Shown here in pieces: positions 43,950-60,680 of a stretch of 64,000 nt of DNA. The position numbers and the translations under genes are program-made. Origin of the DNA: the human T2T-CHM13v2.0 reference genome, Homo sapiens; NCBI RefSeq assembly GCF_009914755.1, contig NC_060925.1. One strand, written 5' to 3'. How positions within the stretch are numbered: the stretch's first letter is position 1; each line of letters begins with the position of its first letter. The notes beneath the pieces were generated by a model. The model was not told the origin of the DNA, made no database searches, and was given only the letters and a program-made list of their open reading frames with translations.

Positions 43950-44140
43950 TCAAGGTGCTGTGAGCATTTGGCAGGGTAATTCTTCACTACGTGGGTCTGT
44001 TTCTAGAATAGCAAGCATTCAGCATCCCTGAGCCTGGCATTTGAAATGCCAGTAGCACCCTCCAATCATTGTGACAATCAGTGTCCCCACATATTTTCAA
44101 AAGCTCTTGTGGTAAGTGTTGCCCCTTCCCCTCCCCGTGA
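43950..44140. mobile_element. MER3/MER20-like hAT-Charlie relic
   Basis: cagcatccctg...atgccagtagcacc...tgtgacaa motif. Confidence 0.6.
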
Positions 44141-45649
44141 CAAACCTGCCCCTTATACCTTTACTGATGTTTCTAGCCTATGTGGCCTACAAAAAAAGTG
44201 TGAAGGGGGAAAAGCTATGTTGTTCACATTAAAAAGAGATAGGTTTTCATTTCTGCTTTTTGTAAGCCATTGCTAAAGTTAAATTTAATTGCAAAATACT
44301 AAACTCTTGAACCAATTCTAGGACAGGTTTGCAGAATGATTTTCTTAAAGGACCTTTATAATCTATTACCCTGAAATGAATTTCTGAGACTTAACATTCG
44401 TAACACTAGGGCATGATTAAATATATGGGAGCAAGATTGGGAACATTTTGTCAGCTAGTAAAGTTATTGTGAGCTCCATGCTGTGCAACTTGTATATCCT
44501 GTCTTGCTTTGCCTCTCTGTTGCTGCCTTGTACTCCAAAATAGCACCATCTCTTCTCCCTACTCCCAGCAACCCACTAGACTATGCAGAAGCCATTAGTG
44601 GATATATTTTGTTGGTCTGATTTTTAGCTTTTTTGCTTGTTCACAAAGAACATGTGTCAAAGGCCCTTTATTACACTGAAAGAATTGCGTGACTTTTCTC
44701 TGTTCTGCATTTTCTTACATGTGGAATTAAGGCTGACTCTTTACTCTAAAATGATTCATTTTGTGGTAAAGTCCCTAATATGTCTCCCTCACTCAGGAGC
44801 ATCTGTGCAGGAGTCAACATTAAATGTGAGTTATCATTATTGATCTTCTCCATCACCCCCAAAAGGGGAGGATTTTCACATCGCATAAATTAAACAGGAT
44901 TGAGATGGAAAAATCAGAAGAAGAAGAAGTGACAAAGAACCTCCTGTTTCCTTTAGAACTTATTTCCTGCCCCCAAGTAATATTTTTGGCCCTTCTAAGT
45001 ACCCAGTAATAAAACGTCGCTATAAAAGCATAGAATAGTAAATGAAGCTGTTATGAATTCTAGACTATCTTCCAACTTGGCTGTGTGCTGTTGATGGTCT
45101 CCTTTAAAAATAAATTGTTTGTTTAGTATGAGATCAAAAATTATTTATATAAAAATATATGGAAGAGTAGGGCTTGATATTTTTTAACAGTATGGAGATC
45201 TTTTTAGTGATACAAATTTTGAGATTTCCTATAATCTCTTTGAAGACACGAATCATGTCTTACAGTACTTTGTATATCCCTATCCCTAATAGTACCTTGC
45301 ATAGAATAAGAACTTAATAGTTGTTAGTTGATGGAAGAAAAGTATCAGTTGAAAATAAAAATAAAAATATTTTCTTTGGATCTTATATTCATAAATGGAC
45401 TGAAAATGACTGCCCTGTTCCAAAAGGAGGAACAGAGATCTTAAACTATACTTCTTAACTGGTAATACTTGACTCATCACCTTCTTGCCTAAATCTGAAC
45501 TAAAATACTGTATATTGTATCTACTCAGAAGTTTATAAACTAACCTACCAAAAAATTGATTTGAGGACGAGGCAGAGACATTTTTGAAAGACTAGGTAAT
45601 TTCCACCTAACTGTTGATCTCCTTTGGGCCTTAAAGGACCTTGTGGTTT

Positions 45650-46272
45650 TGTTACTAGAAAAGCAGTCCGATCTGGACCCCAAGAAAGGGTTCTTAGATC
45701 TCACGCAAGAAAGAATTCAGGGCAAGTCCATACAGTAAAGTGAAAGCAAGTTTATTTAGAAAGTGAAGGAATAAAAGAATGACTCCATAGACAGAGCAGC
45801 CCCAAGGGCTGCTGGTTTTATGGTTACTTCTTGATTATATGCTAAACAAGGGGTGGATTATTCATGAGTTTTCCAGGAAAGAGGTGGGCAATTTCCAGAA
45901 CTGAGGGTTCCTCCCCATTTTAGACCATATAGGGCAACTTCCTGATGTTGCCATGACATTTGTAAACTGTCGTGTCACTGGTGGGAGTGTCTCTTAGCAT
46001 GCTGATATTTTATAATTAGTGTATAATGAGTCATGAGGACGAACAGAGGTCACTCTCATTGCCATCTTGGTTTTGGTGGGTTTTGGCTGGCTTCTTTATC
46101 GCAGCCTGTTTTATCAGCAAGGTCTTTGTGACCTGTATCTTGTGCTGACCTCCTGTCTCATCCTGTGACTGAGAATGCCTTAACCTCTTGGGAATGCAGC
46201 CCAGTAGGTCTCAGCCTTATTTACCCAGCCCGTATTCAAGATAGAGTGCCTCTGGTTCAAACACCTTTGACA
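45650..46272 (-). mobile_element. MER41B-type ERV1 solo LTR
   Basis: TG...CA termini; minus strand begins tgtcaaaggtgtttgaaccagaggcactctatcttgaata and ends ggggtccagatcggactgctttctagtaaca, colinear with remembered MER41B consensus; about 620 bp. Confidence 0.88.
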
Positions 46273-46644
46273 AAAACATACCAATACCTTAGTCTACTAT
46301 GTGTAATGCATTCCAACATTTGCTATTCTGTTTATTCACTTTTTATTGATCTGGTTGTGGCCACTAAATTGATTCATAACCTAATAATGAGCCTCATTGT
46401 ACCTTCAGCCCAAGTGACTGCCTGTTTCCATTAGCAAACCCAATTCTTTGGTGAACATATAATCTTAGAGTCCTCTGTAAAGAGAGACTATCTTTCAAAG
46501 TTGTCAGGAATTAAAAAAGAAAGTCACTTCCTTGTGCCCCTTTCTCACTGTAGTGAGATGAAAAAACTCTGTTTTTTTTTTAAACACTGTTAAACTTACA
46601 GAAATATTTCAAGAATAAAGAATTGCTGTATACCCTTTACCTAG

Positions 46645-46949
<305 letters not shown>

Positions 46950-47086
46950 CACATTCACATTTTTACCAGTTGTCCTAATGAAGTCCATGGGAGCAGAAAG
47001 ATCCAATCCAGGATCACTATACCCAATTTTTGTGTATCTCTAGTTAGACTTTCCTTGACTTATATGACCTTGGTTTTTTGGGGGTA

Positions 47087-47257
47087 TTTTGTTTTGTTTT
47101 GTTTTGTTTTGTTTTGTTGTTGCCCAGGCTGAAGTGCAGTAGTATGATCTTAGCTCACTGTATCCTCTGCCTCTTGTGCTCAGAGGATCCTCCCACCTCA
47201 GCATCTTGAGTAGCTGGGACTACGGTGGGCACCACCATGCCTTGCTAATTTTGGGTT

Positions 47258-47289
<32 letters not shown>

Positions 47290-47409
47290 TGGTAGAGACG
47301 GGGTTTTATGACATTGCCCAGGCTAATCTTGAACCCCTGGGCTCAAGAGATTTGCTCTCCTTAGCCTCCCAAAGTGCTGAGATTACGGGCATGAGCCATC
47401 ACGCCTGGC
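47087..47409 (-). mobile_element. AluJ with (GTTTT)n tracts
   Basis: Reverse Alu; flanking tgaccttg. Confidence 0.85.
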
Positions 47410-48832
47410 TGACCTTGATATTTTTGAAGATAGCAGGCCAGTCATATATGTCCCTCAGTTTAGGTTTATTCAGTGTTTTCTCATGATTAGACCCAGCTTA
47501 TGCATTTTTGGCCACAGTGTCATAGAAGCGATACTGTACTCTTCTCATTTCATGCTGTCAGTTTGTCATGTTACTAGTGGTCTTGTCTTTGAGGACTGGA
47601 TTGAGATGACGTCTGCCAGGTTTCTCCATGGTAAAGTTAGTTTTTCCTCTTTTGTGATTAATAAATGTTGTCTGATGTGGTACTTTGAGATTGTGTAAAC
47701 TCCAGTTTCTCCTCTACTTTTACCTACTACTTTGAACATCTATTAATACTTCTTTCTTGGATTGATTTTACAGTCATGGTTGCCAAATGGTAATTTTTCT
47801 AACTTTATTACCCCTTCTACATTTATTAGTAGGCATTCTATTGTAAGCAAGAAGCTTTTCTCCTCCTATTTATTTTTTTCATTCATTTATTTATATCAAT
47901 GTCTACTCATGGGTTCCTAGTCAGTGGGTTATAATTCATTGCTATCATTATTTATTATGATGCTCTTATTATCCCAGGTTTGGCTTTTTAAGCAGGCTTC
48001 TGTGTCCTTGTGTCATATCATTTAAGTGTTGTTTGAGGACTTTCTCACCTTCTAGCACAAGAGATCAGGCTCATTTTCTTTCCTTACCCCAGCTCTGGAA
48101 TTAGCCATTTCTCCAGGGAGCCCTGTTCCTCTTAGTACAAAGTGGCATTTAGAAACAATGATCTGGGCACTAGGTACGCTAAATGCTGCTGGAGTGTTGC
48201 TCTTCCCAGGCCACTTTCAGTGGACAGAGCTAGGAAAGACATACATATGGATGCATTTGCTTACATATACATGTACATTTACATCTTTATTTCTTTATCT
48301 ATCTATATTGAAAATCATGAGTTCATACCAACATGGGGTTCTTTCTAGCTTTCCCTTTTTTTTTTTTTTTTGTATTTATGTCTGCCTTCTCTAACAATGA
48401 GAAACCTAGTTGCCATTTTCAATATGTTTACTTATTTGCTCAATCCCTTGTGTAAAGCCAATCCCCTAACTAGACCGAAGTAGACCAGGCTACTACCTCA
48501 CCACTGTACCCTCCTCTTATTGCCAGGGCTCTTTGCCTTCTAAGAAATAAGGAAAGCTGGGAAGAGGGAAGGAGGAAGATAGGTAGAGATAAGTTTTTTC
48601 TTAAAGCATTTGAAAAGGAGATTCTATCATCTTTTTCAGTAACCTTTTACATAATCACAAGGAAAATAAATGCATAGAATATAAAAACTGATATTTAAGC
48701 TCTTTTTTCAGATTTTCATTTGGATTCTTACATATATTTTATAAATGCACATGCATGTTAACCAAGTATTTTTTTGTGATAATGACCATGTATTGAGCAT
48801 GACCGCATGCTAGGCACTGTGATGGATGATTA

Positions 48833-48841
48833 TGTGTGTGT

Positions 48842-48873
<32 letters not shown>
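48833..48873. repeat. (TG)n microsatellite
   Basis: Directly visible. Confidence 0.95.
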
Positions 48874-49945
48874 ATCCTAAACCATATAACAACTCTGTAA
48901 ATAAGCATCCTTATCACTGTTTTGGGTGATGAACCAAGTAAGATTCAATGAGGCTGAAGAACTTGATCATATCAGTCAGTTAAGCAGGGGTTAGAATTTC
49001 AATCCAGGATATCTGACCTCAAATACACACCCTTCCCAAACCATGTGTACAGCACCATGGTATATTGCTAGCATTGGAAATCATCACTGGGGAGCATTTT
49101 ATCAAACATCACCCTTAAACCATGCCATTTAGGTTTTTTTAATTTAAAAAAATAAAAAGAGGAAAAAGTAGAAATTACTCAACTGGTTCATTAATTTCTT
49201 CCTTTACTAACTTTTGGGAGAGTTGAGTCAATGAGAGTCGATGATTAGTATTCACATCATGAGACATTTTATTGACTTATTCACACATTAGATATGTCCC
49301 ATCTAAAAAACTAACATATGCAGTTCCTCTATTTGATAGTTCTTATATTTGTTGGAAACTCTGTTGAGCCGACTACCTGGTGCTCTTAATTCCATTATAA
49401 CAACGCCCTAAAGTTTATAGACTTTTTTCTTCCCTCTTTTTTACCTACAAGAAATAAAATAGATGAACTCAACATCCTATCCTGCTTATCTGGAATGAGT
49501 TATTTTCTAAACAAGTGGCTGTTTGCAAAGCTCATCCTGTAGAAGTCTGTGGTCAAGAATATTTCCATTCAGTTCTTATTTTTACAGGGGAATTAATATC
49601 TTTTCAGTCAGAAAGGAACAATAAATGCTTGTTGGCTGGGTTGAAAAAAATTAAATCTACAAAAAGACAAGTGAAGAAAGAAAGAGCTCACATTCAACTT
49701 TCTGGAGAATTTATCTCTGTTTCTCTGTATATCTGATGTGTTCCTGCAAGTGTCTCAAATACCCAGAATTTTACTGAAGGATTTGAATTGGTAGATCTTT
49801 TCAGATCTGTTTTTACTTTACTTTAATCAACCAAAGTTTATTCTTCAGGCAGTTGTGTTTTGCTCCCATTTTACTGGCTGTGTGTCTTTGGCCAAGACAC
49901 TTAACCTTTCAGAACTTCACTTTCTTCATCTGTAAGATAGTAATA

Positions 49946-51270
<1,325 letters not shown>

Positions 51271-51770
51271 TACAGTGGTATACTTTTCAGTGTGGTTGAG
51301 AGGATCAGGTGAGATAATATATGTTAAAACACTTTATAAAATATAAAAGAGTTTGTCATTGTTACTACTTCCTAGAAGTGGACATAAGATAGAAGTAAAA
51401 AGAGACAAAGAGGCCAGTTTGTAGTAAAAGAGGTTTACATTCCCTCTCTAATTGCCAGTGAGTGTGAAATCACTGTATGAATCTTACAGAAACAGGTCAG
51501 GAAACTGTGTCTGATCAAGTTGTTCTTGCCATGCCTTTAAGGAATAATGTAAACCGGTGACTTTCATTCAACATATCAAAAAAGTGTCACTAACCTTTCC
51601 CTAGCCAGTCATGCTACCAAGCATGGGAATGTTAGTATTTAGGTTTACATCAGTATTTCTTTAAGTGAAAAGATCTAATGGAGACTCACCTTATCAGATG
51701 AGATTAGCTATATAAGCTATATCTATAATATACATCATATAAGATCTGAATTCCCAAGATAATTGGCAAG

Positions 51771-52143
<373 letters not shown>

Positions 52144-52849
52144 TAAGGAAGATGGAATAATTTCCAGGACCCCTAATAAAGGGGTTCTGATTCATTCTCA
52201 ATCTAAAAGAATGAGTTTGTAAAACTCTTTTCAACCTATATTCCTCAGACCAACTTCCAAGTAGTTGATCACTTCCCTTGATTTAATTTCACAAAGTTAA
52301 TCATAGGAATAAAGAAGTTGTCAAGGCAGTTAGAAAAGAATAGCATATTGAGAAAGTTTGAAGTGAAAAGTATAAATTTCATGTGGAAAAAGGGAAAGCA
52401 GGATAGAGTTTCCAAGAGTCCAGAGAAAAGAGGGTTGTTACTTTGGGGATAAACCCGTTGGCTTAGAAAACATTTGGCCTAGAAATTTTGGTTAGTGTAG
52501 TGGTAACAACAAAGTGCAAAAGATTAAATTTTAGATGTTTCTTCCAGGTCAAATCCAAAATCCTTCAACACTATGCAAATAAATTCCTCTCTTTTTAATT
52601 TCGTTTTCCCTGTACTACTGAGTCCTGTAGCCTTGCAATTGCACTACTGTCTGTTTTCTCTCTTCATTTCTGACCCTTCTTTCTTTTCCCTCACCTTTAT
52701 ACCACTTTCCATTGTCATTTTCCCGATTGTGGCATCTTAGGAAACTCTGGTAAGCTTTATACTTACAGATCCAGCCAGTAAGGTCTGTAATGGACAGATA
52801 ACTTTCTTTGCAGTGAGCCAGAGCTTCAGTTTGCTTCCTCACGGTGCAA

Positions 52850-53930
52850 CAGGAATGGCATCTCATTAAAATTGAACATTAAGGGCCTGAAGGTGCTTTG
52901 ACTAATTTTTCTGTCTGGGCGTTGTTACTTAAGAGATCTAGAAGTTGAAAAATCCCCCTTCTCATAGTATTCGGAGCAATCAGCCTTAGAGACTGCTGCC
53001 TACTCTGAGGCAGGGGACACTGGAAGGTTGGTGAGGTTTGCCTCTGAGCATGCCCCCAAAGAGCCTCCCTTTATTCCTAGAAGCTGGCAGGCTTTCTTTT
53101 CCTCCTACAAGTGGTAACCCGAATTCTGAGTTGAAAGTGAATCTTTGCCCTTGGCTCCTCTCCAGCATTCCTCACTGAGCGAATAGGGATTTGGAATGTC
53201 AGAAAATAGAAGAGGGGAGGGGAAAAGATGTGTGTATGACTGTGAGTGTTTATATGTAAAAGCAGCTTCGTCTGGGAGGACTTAGGGAAACTTGACTTCC
53301 TCAGACTGCTTCCTTCTTATAAACTCTTGGTTCCTTATTTATCATTTTTCGTTTTTGTTTTTTAAGTTGTTTGACCTGATTTTATCATAGTAGTTCCAAA
53401 TGCCTTACAGCCCAGTGGAGTCAAGCTAAGGAAAGACAGCATGATTTCCACAGGATTTGTATTTCTTCCCTCTGGATAAAGTGATAGTAGTTCCCAGACT
53501 CGCTGCCGGCAGGATCCAAGGTCGTCTTTCCTCCGGGATTTAATCTGGTGTCATCAGGAACCTAGACTCAGGTTTTATTGGAGAGCAAGGCTCAATAAGA
53601 AGTGTCCTTTGAGGAGAATCAAGGACTCAATCTAGGCATAAAAGGTGTTGCTCAGCACAATACCCTCTACGGTAAGCTACCAGTCCTGAGAACCTGTGGT
53701 CAAAGCTGAATTGAAAATATTGATGGAACTCAGACTCTGTGTAACTGGGGACTGGTTCAGAGCTCAAGACTATAATTTACAGGGCTGCTTTTATCCTTTA
53801 TTTAGTTCTATCCAAAGTCATCTTGCATCAACTCAAAAGGAGAGATTCTGTGAGGGTAACCTACAGGGAAATTTCCCAGCTTTGTGTGAAGAATCCAGTG
53901 GTTGAGTGTCTATCTGCATCCTGAGGAACC
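52850..53930 (+). promoter_or_regulatory. Candidate internal promoter / 5'UTR for the smM20 isoform
   Basis: Repeat-free region directly upstream of the alternative first exon; TEAD/MCAT motifs GGAATG 52852-52857, CATTCCT 53166-53172, GGAATG 53193-53198; TSS cannot be placed from sequence. Confidence 0.5.
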
Positions 53931-54032
53931 ATGTCCTCTTTATATACCCGAAGTAAAGAATTCACTCGGAATAGGAAATCTCAGTCTGATTCTCCCCCAG
54001 CATCTCCCTCCCCGACTGCCAAGACGCTCCGA
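53931..54032 (+). CDS. PPP1R12B: Alternative first coding exon of smooth-muscle M20 small subunit ([34 protein letters not shown])
   Basis: accATG Kozak; in-frame TGA 9 nt upstream (53922-53924); CGA|gtaagc donor at 54033; phase 0 like exon 10578-10619; peptide recognised as the smM20 N-terminus. Confidence 0.88.
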
Positions 54033-56835
54033 GTAAGCAGCATTTTTTATTTACGTATGTTCATAGCTGTGTCAAAGGTAGAGAATGTGTATATATATAA
54101 CTTGGGGCATTAGGTTTAGAGCAAAGGGATTTCAGAGCATATGGGAATCAGTACAGGGAAAAAAAATTGCAAGTAAAGACCCTGTAAGTTTCTCTGCAAG
54201 AGGTTATGGTTCATAATACTTAATGTAGTCTTAAGTAAAAGCAGACTTAAATATGTCGGGCTACAGTTTCTGCCTTTTAGCTTTTAACTATCGGTTGTAA
54301 ACTGCTTAACAGTAAGATTTTACAGTCCTTATCACTTTATCTTACAAGGCTTTTCTCAATTTCTACAGCTATTTTAGTCACTGCCTTTCTTGTGTTTTAT
54401 GAGTCAATACTATGTTTCAAGAGAAAAACCTCTGAAATGGCCACACAACTATATACATTAAACTTCAGTTTTGCAAGTTCTGTGTGTGTATTCATGTATG
54501 TATGTATATGAGGTAGAGTATGCTTTTGCCTATTTTGTATGTCTGTCTGTGAGAAAGACCAAAATGAGCAATGAGCAAGGAGTTATGGCCACTTGGAACC
54601 TTACTCCTTAATCACCAAGTACCTTCAGGAAATGTCTTGCTTAAAAGCCAAAGAACTAACTCTTGGCCATTGACAACCAGCTGTATGGAGGTGTTTGTGA
54701 TGTCCTAGGTAGAGCCATTTGAGACTTTTCTCCATTTTCTCTAATGAATGTCTCAGTGAAGAGATTTACATATGGGCATTTGCATCTGATTTAGTGTCTT
54801 CCTCTGTGGGAAGCTGATAAAAGCAAGAACTGCTACCAATAGCAAGGGATGAGAAGCTCTGATGGGCATATTAGGTAGCAGGCAATATAACAGTTACTTT
54901 TTCAGGAACTAGATTGCGCTTTGCTGTATATACAGAGTAAGAAGAAGGACGGCCATAGCTTCCTTATTTAGGGAGCTATGGGGAGAAAATTTGCAAGAAG
55001 CCTGGATAGACTAGTGTGGGTTTTTTTTTTCCCCCAATTATTTTGTATGCATTTTCAATGTCTTTCTTACCAGTATAAATTACCATGTAGTGGAATTTGG
55101 TATATGGCATGTTGGTCTAAGACCTCAGCTAGGGATGAGAATACCAAAAGAATATTGTTACGAAGTTATTTTATTCACAAGTTTTTGTGAGAGCACCAAG
55201 AGGGGCTCCGATATATATGTTACTGTCATCGAGTTCCAGGAGTGTCTCTTCAACACATAGACTGGTACCTTTTTTTCCCAAGGAGCCACAGAATGCTTTC
55301 ACCCCACTAGCTGTTGGGTATTTTTTGCTGGCTACCAATTGAGGTCCACAAAACTGAACACCTTACTTCAGTTAGTGTTTATCTTTGCTCCCTTCCCTCT
55401 TATACTGAGTAGTACCTTTAGTTGTAAAGATCCCCTTATTAATGTCTCTTCACCACTATAACCATAGCTCCCAGAGCAATGTGGTGAGCAGTCAACAATA
55501 ACCTGTTTGGTGACCTTCCCCCATTTTCCCTTTCTGTTTTTCCTTTGCTTTCTTAGAGTTAGGTACTGCTTTCGTCTTGTCTCACTTCTAACAGCTGCCA
55601 TCCAACCTCCCTACCCTCGTTTCACCACCCCTCATCCCTGCCTTTTAGACAGAGGTCACAGTGGGAGAAAATCTGAGTTACAGGAAACTAAAACACAGAT
55701 GGCTTAATAAGAGACTGCTTCCCAATTTTAGTGGTCACTGGCCGTGGATTCCTACAATACCATCAACTTACTCTAACCAACTTCCAGTGTCCAAATGGCT
55801 TGAGACTATAATAAAGAGAATGTTGATTTTCATATACCACTCATGTTCCATTATGTTGCTTATGTCTTTAATGTCAGAGAAAGATATGCAAGACTCATTT
55901 GGTGGCTGCTGACACTAAGGACTGGTTATAAAATGAAGATTTCATCTCTTAAGATCTCTCTAGCCTAGTTCATTTCCTCTCATGTCCAACTAATTAGGGT
56001 ACTCTTTAAAAACTGGTTTTGAGTGTATTTTAACAACTGGTTTTGTGATGGTGTTGTGCTCATATGTCTTTTGATGCCTGGTTGTAACTGGCTGGTCCTC
56101 AGCCACCCTGAAAGGTGGGTATTGCTATCCCTATTTTACATATGAGGAAACTGAGATACATAGAAGAGAAATGGCTTGCCTAGCATTGCTCAACTAGTAA
56201 GCAGCAGAGCCTTGATTAAAGCACCAAGCTCTCTGACTCTAAAACCCCATATTCCCAGCAACATTGGAGTACATCTCAAATATATTTGAAGGTCAAGTTT
56301 AAGAACATGCTAAAGGGCAAAGATGACAGTTAAAAGCTTAAGTAGCTGTGGGAGTCCAAAATTTATCCTTGATGGAGACACAGGAAACTGAAATTGCAGA
56401 AAGGAGGAAAGCTGTATTTATAGGCCAAGGGAGGGAATTGGCAGGCCATAACTGAATCTCCTGTGCCTGGTTCTCAAATCCCAGTCATACTCTCTGGGAC
56501 CATGGAGCCCACAGAACCTGAGACCTTATGGGCTTCAGGGTCTTTGTATTTCTCTAGAAAAGTGGAAATGCTTGAGTCTTTACAGTAAAGATACTGGGAA
56601 GTTTCTGTGTGCATTTCAGAGTTAAAGTCAGGACAGCTCTCTTACTGTCCTCTTCCAAACTTCTTTAACTTGTTTGTATACATACATACAGTTTCTTCTA
56701 GAGATGGCACAGAGTTACAGAGGGACAGCACCTGATCCAACATTCTTCAAAACGGAGGATTGAAATTTCAGCCAGCATTTAGAAGTTTGATTCTTTTTTT
56801 TGAGTGTTGTTAACAGGGCTAAATAGTAAATGCCC

Positions 56836-56845
56836 CCATATAAGG
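56836..56845. promoter_or_regulatory. Perfect CArG box (CCATATAAGG), candidate SRF site downstream of the smM20 first exon
   Basis: Matches CC(A/T)6GG in unique sequence; function is inference. Confidence 0.35.
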
Positions 56846-57250
56846 AAAATATCCTCAGAGAGTATTTTTAAAATAATAGCTATTCACATGGAGAGAATAT
56901 TTTGGACACCGTACCCTTTGTCAAATGTTCAAGCAGTAGTAAAGGCAAACTATAAACTGTAAGTCAAACAAGTTATTATTTTTAACTTGAGAAAACAAAA
57001 GGCAGGATGATTTTTCAGTGACTAGAAAACAAACTTTTATTATATATGTTTACTTTTAAACTCGTAACAGCAGCTGATGATATACTCCCTAATGAAAAAT
57101 CACTCATATATAGAAGATAGTGCATGTCCTCACCAGCCAAGAAGATTTTTGTTTACCTTCTCTAGTTTGTATTTTGAAAATAATAAATATTTTTAATTCT
57201 CTGAACACAAAATTATGCTATTAAACATGGTTTTTAAAAATATACATCCC

Positions 57251-57563
<313 letters not shown>

Positions 57564-59334
57564 TCACTAGAGAAAATTTCATCCATCCTTTTGGCATGCC
57601 CTCACTCGCTCCTACCGACAGTAAGAATGACTGTTATAAGTGGTATGCTCCTAATATTGCTATTTTGGTCTCTGTTGATCCTAAATAATGAAGTAATTTT
57701 TTTTACTGCTACTTTTGGCTTTCATATGAAGTTTCCATTAGTTCAGTATCTTTTTTGTGTCTAAAAGTTGAGAAGTTCCCTTAGTAACAGCTCTGATCAT
57801 CTCTGATTTGTTACTCAGGAAAAGCGGAAAAACTTTCAGATTCACTTGCATTTCTAATGGGAACCACACCAGGTAGATATTGATGAGAATTTGAAAGCTC
57901 AGTCTCTTTTCTCATACCACGAAACAACCCTAATATAAGATGCTGGGTTCATACAATTAGTAGTAAAACTTTCTTTTGACAGTAATTTTCCAACATTAAA
58001 AAAAATTATTTTTCTTCTGAGTCTTCGTAGTTAAAGAAAAAATTCTAAACTACAAATACATTAGACACTTCTAGCTCTTGATTTTTAATTACTATGTATA
58101 TTATTGGGTCTAACATTTATAAATTCTATAAATTAGGAACTACTCAATTTAGATGGTTTAGCATTTTTAAATTATCCTAAAAGTAAGAGCCAGGTAATCT
58201 TTGGTCAGTATTCTCAAATTTTTCTTATTTGCTAATTTAAAAATTTTTCAATGCAGGGTATATTTAAAGGAAACAAATACTAGAGTATGTCCAAATTGTA
58301 GTGCTTATCTGATATTTATTATATTGAATAAATCTTGAAGTAAGTGGGTCATTAGCTGAACCCTGGGAATCTTTTAATTAGGCACATTTTCATTGAATTG
58401 GTATTTGTTATAATAGGATTTGACCTGTATTTATAAAGCAAGATCAGTAGCATTTTCCCATTTAGTCTGGATTGCTATTCCTTCAGTTCTAACATGTCAA
58501 TTTAAAAAAATGACAAAAACAAAAAAATACAAAGATGTTACATAATATTTTTCAGTCAGCCATTAATGTGCATAAAGGGAACATTTAATCAATTAGCTTT
58601 GTTTTATAACCAGTCCTACAAACTAATTAGGGTACATTTGATAAATAATTGGATGATAAAGGATTGTTGCCTTCATGAGAGCTTGTCTACATAGCAACTT
58701 TGGTTAGCAGGCCAGAGGCATTCTGCCTCTTTGCCTTCCAGACTGTCAGTGTTGATAATTATTTTTTGCATGTGCTTTGTGCCTTCCTCTGACAAGTACC
58801 AAACAGTTATTTAGCATATTATCGTATCCTCTATACATCCAACACTACATCTGATGCACTACCAATCTGGAATCCATTTTTACTCCACTTTATAATCCGT
58901 TGTCATGGAATGAGAAACACTTGGATGAACAATGCTAATTAAGAGTGCAATCTGTTAACCATTTTTTCCGCCTAATTAAAAGCAGGAGTGTATTCGTTTT
59001 GGGGGTTTTTTATTTCACTCAAGGAAAATCAATAGCAGTAATTGTTCAGCCCAAGGAATCTTCCTAGAATAGTAAAACCTGTGGGAATAAAAGTAGCTTT
59101 CCCATTTGGACCCATTACATGAATTCTTAGTAGAGACTGGCCTAGTTAACTCATGTCCTACGTAGAGCTGGGGGAGATGGCATCTGAATTCTTGGTTTGT
59201 TGACCAGAGAGACTGGGAGCTTCGAAGACATCAGCTCCCTTTCCTGCAAGCGGTGTCCTGCCCTTCTACTCTAATTTTTAGTTCCATGATAAATGTGTAT
59301 CAAAGCCATCTGCCCTATTGTGAATCCTCCCACA

Positions 59335-60680
<1,346 letters not shown>

